Positions 1 through 10,245 of a stretch of 64,000 nt of DNA are shown in pieces (position 1 is the stretch's first letter; the number at the start of each line of letters is the position of its first letter). Made by a program: the position numbers and the translations under genes. Origin of the DNA: Deltaproteobacteria bacterium GWB2_55_19 (GTDB lineage: Bacteria; Desulfobacterota; GWC2-55-46); assembly GCA_001797465.1 (NCBI GenBank), contig MGPQ01000010.1, positions 4,028 through 68,027 of the forward strand, given 5' to 3'. The notes beneath the pieces are model-generated. The model searched no databases. It was not told the origin of the DNA and saw nothing but the letters and a program-made list of their open reading frames with translations.

Positions 1-23
1 TCGGGCCGCCACTTCATAAAATT

Positions 24-1274
24 TTACTGGAGCTTCTTTATCTTAAGGGCCTCGAAGACGACCCTTTCAAAGAACGGCTCGGATACTCCCTTTTTCATCT
101 TCCGTATGAAGTACTTCTCAAAGGCGGCCTTGGCCAGATGCACCCACCTGCCTTTTTTCGCCCACGTGACATCCCTCGGCGGCATCTGAGGCAGGGCGAC
201 GAAGGCGATGCCGGTGTCGCCCATGTCGGCGAGGCATACCGCGTTCCAGGTGGCCCTTGCCGAAGGTGCTTCCCCTTTGATGGATGACTCGATGTTACGG
301 ACAACCGCAGTGACCATGCTCTCTATCATATAGCCGGTCTTGGGGACCCCGACTGGGACAGGGGTCGCTTCAGGCGGGGCGATGGCTATGCAGACCCCTA
401 CCCCGTAGATGTTTTTATACCTCGGGGACCTCTGAAACTCGTCCACGATGACGAACCCGCGCGGGTTGCAAAGGCCCTCGACCTTTGCAACACTTTCTAC
501 GCCCCTGAAGGCCGGGATGATCATCGAGTATTTGAAGGGGATCTCCCTTTCGCCTTCTCCAACGGCCTCGATAAACATCCTCCCCTTTTCTACTTTTTTT
601 ATCTTCGCGTTCGTATGCCAGCTCACATGTCTTTCGCGCAGCTCATGCTCAAGGAGCCCCTTTGAGTCGCCCACGCCCGAGAGCCCCAGGTGTCCTATGT
701 AAGGCTCAGGGGTTACGAAGGTGATAGGCACTTTTCTCCGGAGCTTTCTTTTCCTTAAGTCCGCGTCGATAATGAAAGCGAACTCATAGGCCGGGCCGAG
801 GCACGACGCCCCTTGAGCCGCGCCTATGACTATTGGGCCGGGGTCATCGAGGAACCTCTGGTATTCGGAGAATGCGGCCTCGGCGTGGTCAGCGGTGCAG
901 ACCGAGACGGTATTGCCTTGGGGCCCGAGCCCTTCTATCTCGTCGAAGGCGAGCTTAGGACCGGTTGCGATGATGAGATAATCGTACGGGACCGTTCCGC
1001 CGCTGGATGTACGGACCTCGTTCTTGACGGGGTCTATCGACGACGCGGCCTCGGCCACGAGCCGTATGCCTTTTTTCTCAAGGCAGGGTTTCAAAGGGAA
1101 GCTGATGTCTTTTCTGGTCCTCCACCCCACCGCTACCCAGGGGTTGGAAGGCACGAAGTGGAAGGTATCGGTATCTGAAATGACCGTCACTTCATTGTCA
1201 GGCCCGGCGGCCTTCGTCTCGTAAGCGGCGGGGAGCCCGCCGGTAGAAGCGCCTATGATCGCAATCCTGGCCAT
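24..1274 (-). CDS. sqr: Sulfide:quinone oxidoreductase
   Basis: N-terminal FAD-binding IIGASTGG, FVPSNPW, catalytic Cys motifs GASCLGPAYEF and NAVCLADMGD, VPKTGYMIESM, C-terminal amphipathic FEKYFIRKM. Confidence 0.92.
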   Translation of the reverse strand: MARIAIIGASTGGLPAAYETKAAGPDNEVTVISDTDTFHFVPSNPWVAVGWRTRKDISFPLKPCLEKKGIRLVAEAASSIDPVKNEVRTSSGGTVPYDYLIIATGPKLAFDEIEGLGPQGNTVSVCTADHAEAAFSEYQRFLDDPGPIVIGAAQGASCLGPAYEFAFIIDADLRKRKLRRKVPITFVTPEPYIGHLGLSGVGDSKGLLEHELRERHVSWHTNAKIKKVEKGRMFIEAVGEGEREIPFKYSMIIPAFRGVESVAKVEGLCNPRGFVIVDEFQRSPRYKNIYGVGVCIAIAPPEATPVPVGVPKTGYMIESMVTAVVRNIESSIKGEAPSARATWNAVCLADMGDTGIAFVALPQMPPRDVTWAKKGRWVHLAKAAFEKYFIRKMKKGVSEPFFERVVFEALKIKKLQ

Positions 1275-1311
1275 TTAGAGCCCTCCTGCGCTTGAAATGA
1301 CAACCCTCGGT

Positions 1312-1755
1312 CTACTCTTTTATCCTGTATTTGAGGTAGCATTCGCCTATCGGGCCCGGCTTTTCGCTACCGGTAAGCTCTACGTTCCTCTTGAGAGTCT
1401 TTCCCATGGCCGACTTTATCATCTGGCTTACGGGGCATGAACCCTTCTTCCCGCCATTCCTCAATATCTCGTTGCCGTGGCAGATGTCGCAACCCTTTAT
1501 GTGGACGGACGCCTCGCCGCCTGTGGAGAACGTCATCTCCGCCAGGTCCGCGAAGCTGAAGGACTCGCGGAAGTACGTCTCCAGGGCCTCTTTGAACCCT
1601 TCATCCCCTGACGGGAGCTCCTTAAGCCCTTTCAGCCACGAGTTGGCGAGTATCATTCCTATCCTTGCGTTGTATTTTGGCGCGTCTTCCCCGAGCGATT
1701 CGAATACCGCGGCGTGGTAAAGCGCGAAAAACTCCTTTGAAAGATCGTGCGGCAT
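1312..1755 (-). CDS. Small Cys-containing protein, possibly V4R-like ligand/metal-binding fold
   Basis: ATG at 1755 preceded by AAGGAG; between arsR and sqr on the same strand; Cys pattern GCDICH...SCP...GEC; no signal peptide. The ORF-track start at 1809 overlaps arsR and is unlikely. Confidence 0.6.
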   Translation of the reverse strand: MPHDLSKEFFALYHAAVFESLGEDAPKYNARIGMILANSWLKGLKELPSGDEGFKEALETYFRESFSFADLAEMTFSTGGEASVHIKGCDICHGNEILRNGGKKGSCPVSQMIKSAMGKTLKRNVELTGSEKPGPIGECYLKYRIKE

Positions 1756-1771
1756 GGAACATTCTCCTTTC

Positions 1772-2104
1772 TTAGAACCCGGCCTTTCTGGCCAATTGCT
1801 GTTTTTCATTGAGGAACTCGAAGAGCACCTCCCTCATTATGTCGCAGGCCTGGACTACCTTGGGATTAGCAAGCGAGTAATATATGGACACCCCTTCGCG
1901 CCTGGACCGGAGTATCCCCTTGTCCCGCATTATGGCGAGGTGCTGTGAGGCGTTCGCCCCGGACGTGCCTATCCTTTCGGCTATCTCAGAGGCCGGCAAC
2001 TCCTTTTCGCGGAGCACGTTTATGATCTCCAGCCTCCTGGGGTTTGCCAGGCACTGGCAGATGCTTGCGTGTATCTCGTAGATTTCCTTTGGTATCCGGG
2101 TCAT
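1772..2104 (-). CDS. ArsR/SmtB family transcriptional regulator (probably sulfide/persulfide responsive)
   Basis: LANPRRLEII...NASQHLAIMR...RREG..IYYSL wHTH; Cys in alpha1 and alpha5; first gene of the sqr operon. Confidence 0.88.
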   Translation of the reverse strand: MTRIPKEIYEIHASICQCLANPRRLEIINVLREKELPASEIAERIGTSGANASQHLAIMRDKGILRSRREGVSIYYSLANPKVVQACDIMREVLFEFLNEKQQLARKAGF

Positions 2105-2120
2105 AGGGCTCGATTCCTGA

Positions 2121-2169
2121 TTATTTAATTAATTTATTAAATAATAAAATAATCTGATGCGCCTGTCAA
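2121..2169 (-). promoter_or_regulatory. Sigma70 promoter of arsR-orf-sqr with overlapping inverted-repeat operator
   Basis: Minus strand TTGACA (2169-2164), 17 nt, TATTAT (2146-2141); inverted repeat TTATTTAAT-N6-ATTAAATAA at 2121-2144 overlaps the -10/TSS. Confidence 0.75.
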
Positions 2170-2286
2170 GGAGATGTCTTTCTCTTGTAACTTTAAGGGT
2201 TTTGAGATAAGTTGTGATTTGATTCCATTATCGGGCGGACGGAAGGTATGTATCTATGCCCTTCCATAAAATAGGAAGGCTTGCGC

Positions 2287-2745
2287 ATGAGTGGACGCAG
2301 AGAACTCCTTGTCTTCAGTCTTGACGCGCTAAGGTGCGCCCTTTCCCTCTCCGTCGTCGAGAGGGTGATACCCGCGCTGAAGGTCTCGCCGTTGCCGAAC
2401 GCGCCTGCCGCGGTCCGCGGGGTAGTTAACGTCCGCGGAAGGCTTATCCCCGTATTTGACATAAGGCTCCGCTTCAACCTCCCCGGCAGGGATGTCTCCC
2501 CCTATGACCGGCTGATCTTCGTAAGGGCCGGGGCAAGGACGGTCGCGCTCATCGCGGACAGCGTAGAGGGGGTAGCGGTCTGCGATGAGAAGGACGTCGT
2601 CGACCCCGGCGAGATAGTACAGGGACTCACGCACATCGAGGGCGTCGCCAAGCTCAATGACGGCGTCGCGCTCATCCATGATGTAGCGCGGTTTCTCTCC
2701 ATTGAAGAAGAAAAAGCCCTTGATGAAGCCTTGGGCGGGATGTAA
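2287..2745 (+). CDS. cheW: Chemotaxis coupling protein CheW
   Basis: LPNAPAAVRGVVNVRGRLIPVFD, VALIADSV; ATG at 2287 (alternative TTG at 2281). Confidence 0.88.
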   Translation: MSGRRELLVFSLDALRCALSLSVVERVIPALKVSPLPNAPAAVRGVVNVRGRLIPVFDIRLRFNLPGRDVSPYDRLIFVRAGARTVALIADSVEGVAVCDEKDVVDPGEIVQGLTHIEGVAKLNDGVALIHDVARFLSIEEEKALDEALGGM

Positions 2746-2753
2746 AATGCCTT

Positions 2754-4271
2754 ATGTCCAGCAAGCTTTCTAACGAAGTCATATCTTCCTTAAGCGCCCT
2801 TATCTCTTCCCTCATGGGGCTCCACTTCCCGGAGGACCGTTACGCGGACCTCGAAAGGGGCATCGTGGCCGCGGCCGGGGACTTCGGTTTTTCCGACACG
2901 CTCGAATTCATACATTGGCTGAATACGGCAACGCTATCGAGACATCATGTAGAGGCCCTTGCCGCTAACCTCACTATCGGCGAGACCTACTTCTTCAGGG
3001 ACGCGGGGAGCTTCAAGGCGCTCGAGGAGTCCATACTCCCGGCCATAGTCTCCGCGAGAAAAGATACCTCCAGGCTCCGCATCTGGTCCGCGGGGTGCTC
3101 GACCGGCGAGGAGCCCTACTCCATCGCGATACTCATTAAGAGGATGTCCCACCTCTTCAAGGACTGGAACGTCACCATCATAGGGACCGATATAAACGCC
3201 AAGGCCCTCAAGAAGGCCTTTGACGGCGTATACACGGAATGGTCCTTCAGGGGTGCGCCTCCGTGGCTCAAGGACGGTTATTTCACGAAAAAGGACGCTT
3301 TCTACGAGATAGCGCCCGAGATAAGGCAGATGGTCACCTTCTCCTTCCTGAACCTCGCTGAGGACGTCTACCCGTCGCTCCTCAACAATACCAGCGCTAT
3401 CGACATGATACTCTGCAGGAACGTCCTCATGTATTTCTCCCCGGATGTCGCCGGCCGGGTAATACACGGCTTTCACAACTCGCTCCTCGAAGGAGGGTAC
3501 CTGTTCCTGAGCCCGACCGAGGGGCTCCGGATGACATCGTACCCGTTCAAGGCATTGAGCCTGGAGAATACGACCGTCTACAAGAAGGGCTCCCTCGACG
3601 GGCCGAAAGAAGCGCTCGCTCCCGCGTACGCGCCGCTCTGGCAGGTCCTCGCGCAAGACGGCGAAACGCGGGACTTGCCCCTCGGGTTCGTCGGGTCCGA
3701 GGTCAGGGAAGAGGCGCGGAGAGAGCCTTCAAACGCGCCTGGCGTGGAGGCGGCGTCCGCGCCTGTCCCGGCCTTGCCATCCACTGACGCCGCAGAGCGG
3801 CTCCTCAGGGATGGACTCTACGTTGAGGCGGCCCGCGTCCTTGAGTCTATCGTCTCCGTCAAGGGCGCTGAGGGGCCGGCGACCGGCCTGCTCGCCAGGG
3901 CCTACGCCAACCAGGGCAGGCTCGACCTCGCCATTGCATGGTGCGAGAAGGCGTTAGCCGCCGACAACTTGAACCCGATCAAGCACTACCTGCTGGCCAC
4001 CATATTGCAGGAGCAGGGCAGGCCCGAGGACGCGGTCAAGTCCCTCAGGAAGGCGCTCTACCTCGACCATGACTTCGTGCTCGCGCACTTCGTCCTCGGC
4101 AACCTCCTTGTGAGGCTCGGGGACCCGGACGGCGCGATTAGGCAGTACAGGAACGCCCTCCGGCTTACCTCGAAGATGGCCCCTGACGACCTGATACCCG
4201 AGTCAGACGGCGTCACCGCCGGCAGGCTCAACGAAATAATCAACTCGACAACGAGAACGAGGGCGTTTTGA
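2754..4271 (+). CDS. cheR: CheR methyltransferase with C-terminal TPR domain (WspC/FrzF-like)
   Basis: TIGETYFFRD, IWSAGCSTGEEPYS, ILCRNVLMYF, followed by TPR repeats. Confidence 0.92.
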   Translation: MSSKLSNEVISSLSALISSLMGLHFPEDRYADLERGIVAAAGDFGFSDTLEFIHWLNTATLSRHHVEALAANLTIGETYFFRDAGSFKALEESILPAIVSARKDTSRLRIWSAGCSTGEEPYSIAILIKRMSHLFKDWNVTIIGTDINAKALKKAFDGVYTEWSFRGAPPWLKDGYFTKKDAFYEIAPEIRQMVTFSFLNLAEDVYPSLLNNTSAIDMILCRNVLMYFSPDVAGRVIHGFHNSLLEGGYLFLSPTEGLRMTSYPFKALSLENTTVYKKGSLDGPKEALAPAYAPLWQVLAQDGETRDLPLGFVGSEVREEARREPSNAPGVEAASAPVPALPSTDAAERLLRDGLYVEAARVLESIVSVKGAEGPATGLLARAYANQGRLDLAIAWCEKALAADNLNPIKHYLLATILQEQGRPEDAVKSLRKALYLDHDFVLAHFVLGNLLVRLGDPDGAIRQYRNALRLTSKMAPDDLIPESDGVTAGRLNEIINSTTRTRAF

Positions 4272-4900
4272 GCGGCCGGGAAAAAGACAGGAGAAACAAG
4301 CCACGGTCCGCGCCCATTGACTGGGATGCGGTGAAGCAAAAGGTCGCGGAGGCCGGAGAGCGGCTCTCAAGGGGAAGGGCGCTTGCCCTCGACGCGGCGG
4401 AGGCGCTCCTTATAGAGAGGGCCGAGGCCGTCGCTAAGGTCGCGGAAGAGCCCGTTCACGAGGGCGAAATCGAGGTCGTCGAGTTCAGGCTCTCGTCTGA
4501 ACGGTACGCCTTCGAGTCCTCGATGGTCAGGGAGGTCGTCCCTATAAGCGAGCTTACGCCCGTGCCGTGCACCCCGGCCTTCATCCTCGGGATAATAAGC
4601 CTCCGCGGCCAGATACTCTCAGTCATCGACATCAAAAAACTATTCGTCCTCCCGGAAAAAGGCATTACCCAACTGAATAAGGTTATTGTATTGAGCTCCG
4701 GGGACATGGAGTTCGGGGTATTGGCCGACGAGGTCGCGGGCTCGGGCCGGGTGAGGGCCGATTCCCTCAAGACCCTCCCGACGCTTACGGGCGTCAGGGA
4801 GGAGTACCTTAAGGGCATCACCGGGGACGGCCTCATCGTCCTCGACGCCGGAAGGCTCTTGAACGACAAGTCCATAGTGGTCAGCGAGACCGTAGAATAA
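4268..4900 (+). CDS. cheW: Second CheW with N-terminal extension
   Basis: [25 protein letters not shown]; TTG start overlaps cheR TGA. Confidence 0.87.
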   Translation: MSGREKDRRNKPRSAPIDWDAVKQKVAEAGERLSRGRALALDAAEALLIERAEAVAKVAEEPVHEGEIEVVEFRLSSERYAFESSMVREVVPISELTPVPCTPAFILGIISLRGQILSVIDIKKLFVLPEKGITQLNKVIVLSSGDMEFGVLADEVAGSGRVRADSLKTLPTLTGVREEYLKGITGDGLIVLDAGRLLNDKSIVVSETVE

Positions 4901-4923
4901 AACGAATTTTTCAGGAGGCATGC

Positions 4924-6564
4924 ATGAACTGGTTACAAAATCTCTCTACACGCGCCAAACTCATACTGGGCTTCGGCGTGGCGATACTCTTCCTCATAAT
5001 CGTCATCGCGGCCGCCATAAGGAACATCTCGTTCATGCAGGGGACGCAAAGGGAGATAGTCAGGTCGGATTATTCGAACAGCGTGGATATCCTCATGCTG
5101 GAGAACAGGGAGGACGAGGTCCGGGTTTCGCTCCTCACCATGATGGGGGCGGGGTCCCGCGCCGACAAGGAGCTCTGGCACCAGGCCATAAAGGAGAGCA
5201 CCAACGAGTTCGACGTGATATTCAGCCGGCTCCTTGAGAGGAACAGGGACAACCCCGCAGTGCTCTCAAGGCTTGAGGAGCTCGGCAAGATACACTCCGC
5301 CTTCAGGGAGACCCGCGACTCGCAGTTAATCCCGCTCATCTACGGCAACAGGCTCGCAGAGGCCAAGAGGCTCGCGCTCGGCGTCCAGGCCGCGAGACAC
5401 GAGAACATGAACAGGATAGCCATGGACCTCGGCAGGAACGCCCTTGAAAAGGCCAACTCGAACCTCGAGGCCTCTGAGAAGAGCGCGCGGGACTCAATCA
5501 TCATCTTCGTGGTCCTCGGAGTCATAGCGATAGTCGCGTCCGCCCTCATAGCCGCGTTACTGAACTCCATCATGGCAAGGCCCCTGAAGGTGGTCTCGGA
5601 GATAGCGGGCATGGTCGCCTCCGGCGACCTCACGGTCTCCATGACCGGCGCCGAGAGACAGGACGAGGTAGGCGTGCTTGTGAGGACCTTCCGCTCCATG
5701 ATAGAGCGGCTTAAAAAACAGACAAGGGAGATCTCGGACGCGGTAAACATGCTCGCCACCTCCTCCAGCCAGATAGCGGCGACTACCGCGGAGCTCGCCT
5801 CCGGCACGGAGCAGACAGCCATATCGGTTTCCGAAACGACCGCGACCGTCGAGGAGGTAAAGCAGACGGCGACGGTATCCACCCAGAAGGCGCGCCATGT
5901 CTCCGAGATCGCCCAGAACGCGGTCCAGGTCTCGCAGACCGGTTCCAGGCTCGTCAACGAGACGATAGACGGCATAGGAAAGATAAAGGAGCAGATGGAG
6001 TACATAGCCGAGACGATAGTGCGGCTCTCGGAGCAAAACCAAATGATAAGCGAGATAATCGCTACCGTAGACGACATCGCCGAGCAGGCGAACCTCCTCG
6101 CCGTAAACGCTTCCATAGAGGCCTCCAGGGCCGGGGAGCACGGCAAGGGCTTCATAGTCGTGGCGCAGGAGATAAAGAGCCTCTCAGAGCAGTCGAAACA
6201 GGCGACGAAGCAGGTCCGTACCATACTCAGCGAGATACAGAAGTCGAGTAGCGCGGCCGTGATGGCCACAGAGCGCGGCAGTAAATCCGTCGACTCGACG
6301 GTCCGCCAGTCGTCCGGCACCGGGGACGCGATAAGCGCGCTTTCGGCGTCCATAGGCGAGGCCTCGCAGGCGGTCTTGCAGATAGCGGCTTCCAGCCAGC
6401 AACAGCTCATCGGCATGGACCAGGTTGCGCTCGCCATGAACAATATAAAGCAGGCTACGACCCAGAACGCGGCCTCTACCAGACAGGTCGAGATGACGGT
6501 CAGGAGCCTCCAGGAGGTCGGCCAGCGGCTGAAAACCCTCCTTGATCACTACAAGCTCCAATAA
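4924..6564 (+). CDS. Methyl-accepting chemotaxis protein (TM, four-helix sensor, TM, HAMP, signalling domain)
   Basis: Two TM segments, HAMP (GDLTV...DEVG), [26 protein letters not shown] hairpin tip; AGGAGG RBS. Confidence 0.93.
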   Translation: MNWLQNLSTRAKLILGFGVAILFLIIVIAAAIRNISFMQGTQREIVRSDYSNSVDILMLENREDEVRVSLLTMMGAGSRADKELWHQAIKESTNEFDVIFSRLLERNRDNPAVLSRLEELGKIHSAFRETRDSQLIPLIYGNRLAEAKRLALGVQAARHENMNRIAMDLGRNALEKANSNLEASEKSARDSIIIFVVLGVIAIVASALIAALLNSIMARPLKVVSEIAGMVASGDLTVSMTGAERQDEVGVLVRTFRSMIERLKKQTREISDAVNMLATSSSQIAATTAELASGTEQTAISVSETTATVEEVKQTATVSTQKARHVSEIAQNAVQVSQTGSRLVNETIDGIGKIKEQMEYIAETIVRLSEQNQMISEIIATVDDIAEQANLLAVNASIEASRAGEHGKGFIVVAQEIKSLSEQSKQATKQVRTILSEIQKSSSAAVMATERGSKSVDSTVRQSSGTGDAISALSASIGEASQAVLQIAASSQQQLIGMDQVALAMNNIKQATTQNAASTRQVEMTVRSLQEVGQRLKTLLDHYKLQ

Positions 6565-6678
6565 ATACCCTGTAAGAGAGCTGAAACAGGGCTTATATCA
6601 TAAGGCCCTCCCCCTTCACGGGGAGGGCCGCCAAGGGATGCCGTGCGGTCGCAAACGGCGCCCAGCCAAGCGAGACCA

Positions 6679-9054
6679 ATGAACGGCAGGGAAATAGAAT
6701 TCAGGAAGAGGCTCCTCCAGACCTTCAAGACAGAGGCCGCCGAACACCTCACCACGGTATCGGCCGGGCTCGTGGAGCTTGAGCGCATGCCGCCCATCGA
6801 GGTTCAGATGGAGGTGGTGGAGACCGTCTTCAGGGAGTCTCACAGCCTCAAGGGCGCGGCACGCGCCGTGAACGTCCCCGGCATAGAGGCGGTGTGCCAG
6901 GCCCTCGAGGGCGTCTTCGCGGCATGGAAGCAGAGGCGCGTCGGGTATTCGAGGGAGCTCTTCGACACGCTCCATCTCTCAATCGACATGATCCGCTCCC
7001 TCCTGCTGGAGATGGAGGGAGGGGCCTTCACCGAGGACCTCGCCGGGGTCGCGAGGCTCGTGCGCGAGCTCGGGAGGTTTGAATCCGGGGGTCCCTTCGT
7101 AAAGATACTCTCAGGCAGGACAGACGCGCGTGAAGGGCCTGGGGAAGAATGGCCCTCCGCGCCTCCAGCGGAGGGGCCTGAGCATAAACGGGCTGAGGAC
7201 AGCGCTCCTTCTCCCCTCCAGCAGGCGCAAGGCGCGCCAATCCCATCGCAGGCTGACGCCGGACCCCGGAGAACGGCCTTAAGGGATAGGAGGCTCGGCG
7301 CGGAGACCGTCCGGATATCAGCAGACAAACTCGGCGTGCTCCTCCTCGAGGCCGAGGAGATGATCCCGGTAAAACTCGCCGTCAAGAAGGGCGCCGGGGG
7401 CTTGAGCGAACTCGCCTCCATGGTGGAGGAGCTCAAGTCCCGGTGCTCCATTGCCGTGCGCGAGGTCCTGCCCGCGCACCTGGCCGGCTCCGGCAATGGC
7501 GAGAAGACCTTTTCCGCGCCCCGGCTCCAGGAGTTCTTCAACTGGGCCGAGACCCACATAAGGCTGATGGAAAAGAAGACCAGGGAATCCCAGAAGCGCG
7601 CCTCGGCCAACTACAAGGCGCTCGGCAGGGGCGTTGACACCATACTCGGGGACATGAAGGGCGCGATGATGCTCCCGTTCTCAACGCTCCTCGAGAGCTT
7701 CCCGCTCCTCGTGCGCGAGATGGCGTCATCCGAACGCAAGGAGGCGGACTTCATAGCGGAGGGGGATTCCGTCGATATAGACAGGCGGATCCTCGATGAG
7801 ATGAAGGACCCGCTCATCCACCTCGTCAGGAACTCCATAGGCCACGGGATAGAACACCCGGCGGAACGCGAGGTCTTCGGGAAACCGAGGAGGGCCGCAA
7901 TAAAGGTAAGTATCGCGCACATCGACGGGAACAGGGCCGAGATAACGGTAGCAGACGACGGCGCGGGCATAGACGCGCGAAAGGTAGCGGAGGCCGCCTT
8001 GAAGGCCGGCCTCGTCGCCGCGGATGAGGCAAAGACATTGTCTAACGAGGAGACGCTCCAGCTCATATACGCGTCCGGCGTATCGACGTCGCCGATAATA
8101 ACCGACATATCAGGCAGGGGGATCGGGCTCGCTATTGTCAGGGAGAAGGTCGAAAGGCTCGGCGGGTCGATTGCGATCGAGACCGCGAAGGGCTCCGGCA
8201 CTACATTCAGGATCGTCCTCCCCCTGACGGTTGCGACCTTCAGGGGGGTGCTCGTGGCGGCCGAGGGGCACACCCTTGTGGTCCCGACCGCCTCGATAGA
8301 GCGCACCCTGAGGGTCCGGCCCTCCGAGATAACGACCATGGAGGGCAGGGAGAGCGTTATTGTCGCCGGCGAGCCGCACGCTTTCGCCTGGCTCGGGGCG
8401 GTCCTGGGCCTCCCGCGCAAAAAAAAGAAGGCTGTGCCGGGCTCGTTTGTGACGGCGCTCGTCGTCTCGTCAGGCGGAAAAAGCATAGCCTTCGGGGTGG
8501 ATTCCCTCATTGACGAGCAGGAGGTCCTCGTAAAGGGGCTCGGGGGACTGCTCAAAAGGGTGAGGAACATATCCGGCGCCGCGATACTCGGCTCCGGAAG
8601 GCCGGTCCCGATAATAAACGTCCCCGACCTCATGAGGTCGACGGTGAGGTCGAAGGCTGAGGCCCCGGCCCCCGCCTTCGAGGCCGAAAGGACGAGGTCG
8701 GTCCTCGTCGTCGAGGACTCGATCACTTCGAGGATGCTCCTTAAGAACATCCTCGAAGGCGCGGGCTATCATGTCAGGACCGCGGTAGACGGACTCGACG
8801 CCATCGCCCTGCTCAAGACCGAGGCCTTCGACATCGTCATATCCGACATAGAGATGCCGAGGATGAACGGGTTTGAGCTGACCGCGAAAATAAGGGCGAC
8901 CAAAGAGCTCTCGGCGCTGCCGGTCGTGCTCGTGACGGCGCTTGAGGCGCGGGAGGACAGAGAGAGGGGGATAGAGGCAGGGGCGAACGCCTATATCGTG
9001 AAGAGCAGTTTCAACCAGTCCAACCTCCTTGATGTCGTCGGAAAGCTCGTGTGA
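6679..9054 (+). CDS. cheA: Hybrid CheA histidine kinase with C-terminal receiver (ACF class)
   Basis: Hpt HSLKGAA, HLVRNSIGHGIE, DDGAGID, SGRGIGL, CheW domain, REC (VVEDS...SDIEMP); ATG 6679 preferred over GTG 6643. Confidence 0.92.
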   Translation: MNGREIEFRKRLLQTFKTEAAEHLTTVSAGLVELERMPPIEVQMEVVETVFRESHSLKGAARAVNVPGIEAVCQALEGVFAAWKQRRVGYSRELFDTLHLSIDMIRSLLLEMEGGAFTEDLAGVARLVRELGRFESGGPFVKILSGRTDAREGPGEEWPSAPPAEGPEHKRAEDSAPSPLQQAQGAPIPSQADAGPRRTALRDRRLGAETVRISADKLGVLLLEAEEMIPVKLAVKKGAGGLSELASMVEELKSRCSIAVREVLPAHLAGSGNGEKTFSAPRLQEFFNWAETHIRLMEKKTRESQKRASANYKALGRGVDTILGDMKGAMMLPFSTLLESFPLLVREMASSERKEADFIAEGDSVDIDRRILDEMKDPLIHLVRNSIGHGIEHPAEREVFGKPRRAAIKVSIAHIDGNRAEITVADDGAGIDARKVAEAALKAGLVAADEAKTLSNEETLQLIYASGVSTSPIITDISGRGIGLAIVREKVERLGGSIAIETAKGSGTTFRIVLPLTVATFRGVLVAAEGHTLVVPTASIERTLRVRPSEITTMEGRESVIVAGEPHAFAWLGAVLGLPRKKKKAVPGSFVTALVVSSGGKSIAFGVDSLIDEQEVLVKGLGGLLKRVRNISGAAILGSGRPVPIINVPDLMRSTVRSKAEAPAPAFEAERTRSVLVVEDSITSRMLLKNILEGAGYHVRTAVDGLDAIALLKTEAFDIVISDIEMPRMNGFELTAKIRATKELSALPVVLVTALEAREDRERGIEAGANAYIVKSSFNQSNLLDVVGKLV

Positions 9055-9127
9055 AGTCCCTGACGCGGCTGAAGCCCCTGTATTTACGGCTATGTTTAAT
9101 TAATTTTCCAGCGCCTTGCAATTTACA

Positions 9128-9156
9128 TTGACAACCAACGGCCTGAGGTGCAAAAT
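9128..9156 (+). promoter_or_regulatory. Possible internal sigma70 promoter for cheB and the hybrid kinase
   Basis: TTGACA-17 nt-CAAAAT in the AT-rich 134-bp cheA-cheB gap. Confidence 0.45.
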
Positions 9157-9188
9157 TCAGGTTTTATTTAAAGGACCAAGGGGCGCCT

Positions 9189-10232
9189 GTGATAACCGTT
9201 TTGATAGTAGACGACTCCGCAGTAGCGCGGCAACACTTGAGGCACATCCTCGAGTCAGACCCTGATATACACGTTATCGGCACGGCAGTCGACGGCGAAG
9301 AGGCGGTCGAGTTGCTTAAGGAGCGCACCCCGGACGTCATCACGATGGACATAAACATGCCCGGTATGAACGGGCACGAGGCGACGCGCGCGATAATGGA
9401 GACGAACCCGGTCCCCATAGTGATAGTCAGCGCGAGCTACGAGCGCTCGGACGTGGAGAAGTCTTTCCGCGCGATGGAGGCCGGGGCGGTCGCGATACTC
9501 GAAAAACCCGCCGGCTCCGGGCACCCCGACTTCGAGTCCACGTCAAGGGAGCTCCTTAAGACGGTGAAGCTCATGAGCGAGGTCCGTGTCGTACGGAGAT
9601 GGCCGCACGGTAGGCGTAAGGAGGCGCGCTCCGAGGCCGAGACCTCGGTTAAGAAGCCGAAGCTCGTGGCCATAGGCGCCTCCACCGGGGGGCCGCCCGT
9701 CATACAGACGATACTCTCTGGACTCAAGCCCGGTTTTCTGGCGCCGGTGATGATAGTCCAGCACATATCCAAGGGCTTCATCGACGGCATGACCGAATGG
9801 CTCTCAAGCGAGACGGGGCTCCCCATAGTCATAGCCTCAGACGGAGAGACGCTCAAGCCCGGCAGGATATACTTCGCGCCCGACGGCTACCACATGGGCG
9901 TTGCGAGCAACGGGAGGGTCTCTCTCAGCAAGGCCCCGCCGGAGAACGGCATAAGGCCCTCTGTTGCCCATCTCTTCCGCTCGGCGATAGCCGCTTACGG
10001 CCCTGACGCGGTCGGCATACTCCTGACCGGCATGGGCAAGGACGGCGCCATGGAGCTCAAGCAGATGCGCGACTCAGGCTCGCTCACCATAGCCCAGGAC
10101 AAGGAAAGCTCAGTCATCTACGGTATGCCGGGCGAGGCTGTAAGGCTCGACGGGGCGACCCTCGTGCTCCCGCCCGAGAGGATCGCCGCCAGGCTCGCCT
10201 CCCTGATAGGGGCGAACGGTCAGTCAAACTGA
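9189..10232 (+). CDS. cheB: Chemotaxis methylesterase CheB (REC plus esterase)
   Basis: REC domain; catalytic GASTGG, VQH, LTGMGKDG motifs intact. Confidence 0.93.
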   Translation: MITVLIVDDSAVARQHLRHILESDPDIHVIGTAVDGEEAVELLKERTPDVITMDINMPGMNGHEATRAIMETNPVPIVIVSASYERSDVEKSFRAMEAGAVAILEKPAGSGHPDFESTSRELLKTVKLMSEVRVVRRWPHGRRKEARSEAETSVKKPKLVAIGASTGGPPVIQTILSGLKPGFLAPVMIVQHISKGFIDGMTEWLSSETGLPIVIASDGETLKPGRIYFAPDGYHMGVASNGRVSLSKAPPENGIRPSVAHLFRSAIAAYGPDAVGILLTGMGKDGAMELKQMRDSGSLTIAQDKESSVIYGMPGEAVRLDGATLVLPPERIAARLASLIGANGQSN

Positions 10233-10245
10233 AAGGCAGCATGAT

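Noticed and set aside
1312-1755. c-type cytochrome from the CDICH motif
   Set aside because: No signal peptide or TM anchor for periplasmic heme attachment; additional Cys suggest a metal or sulfur site
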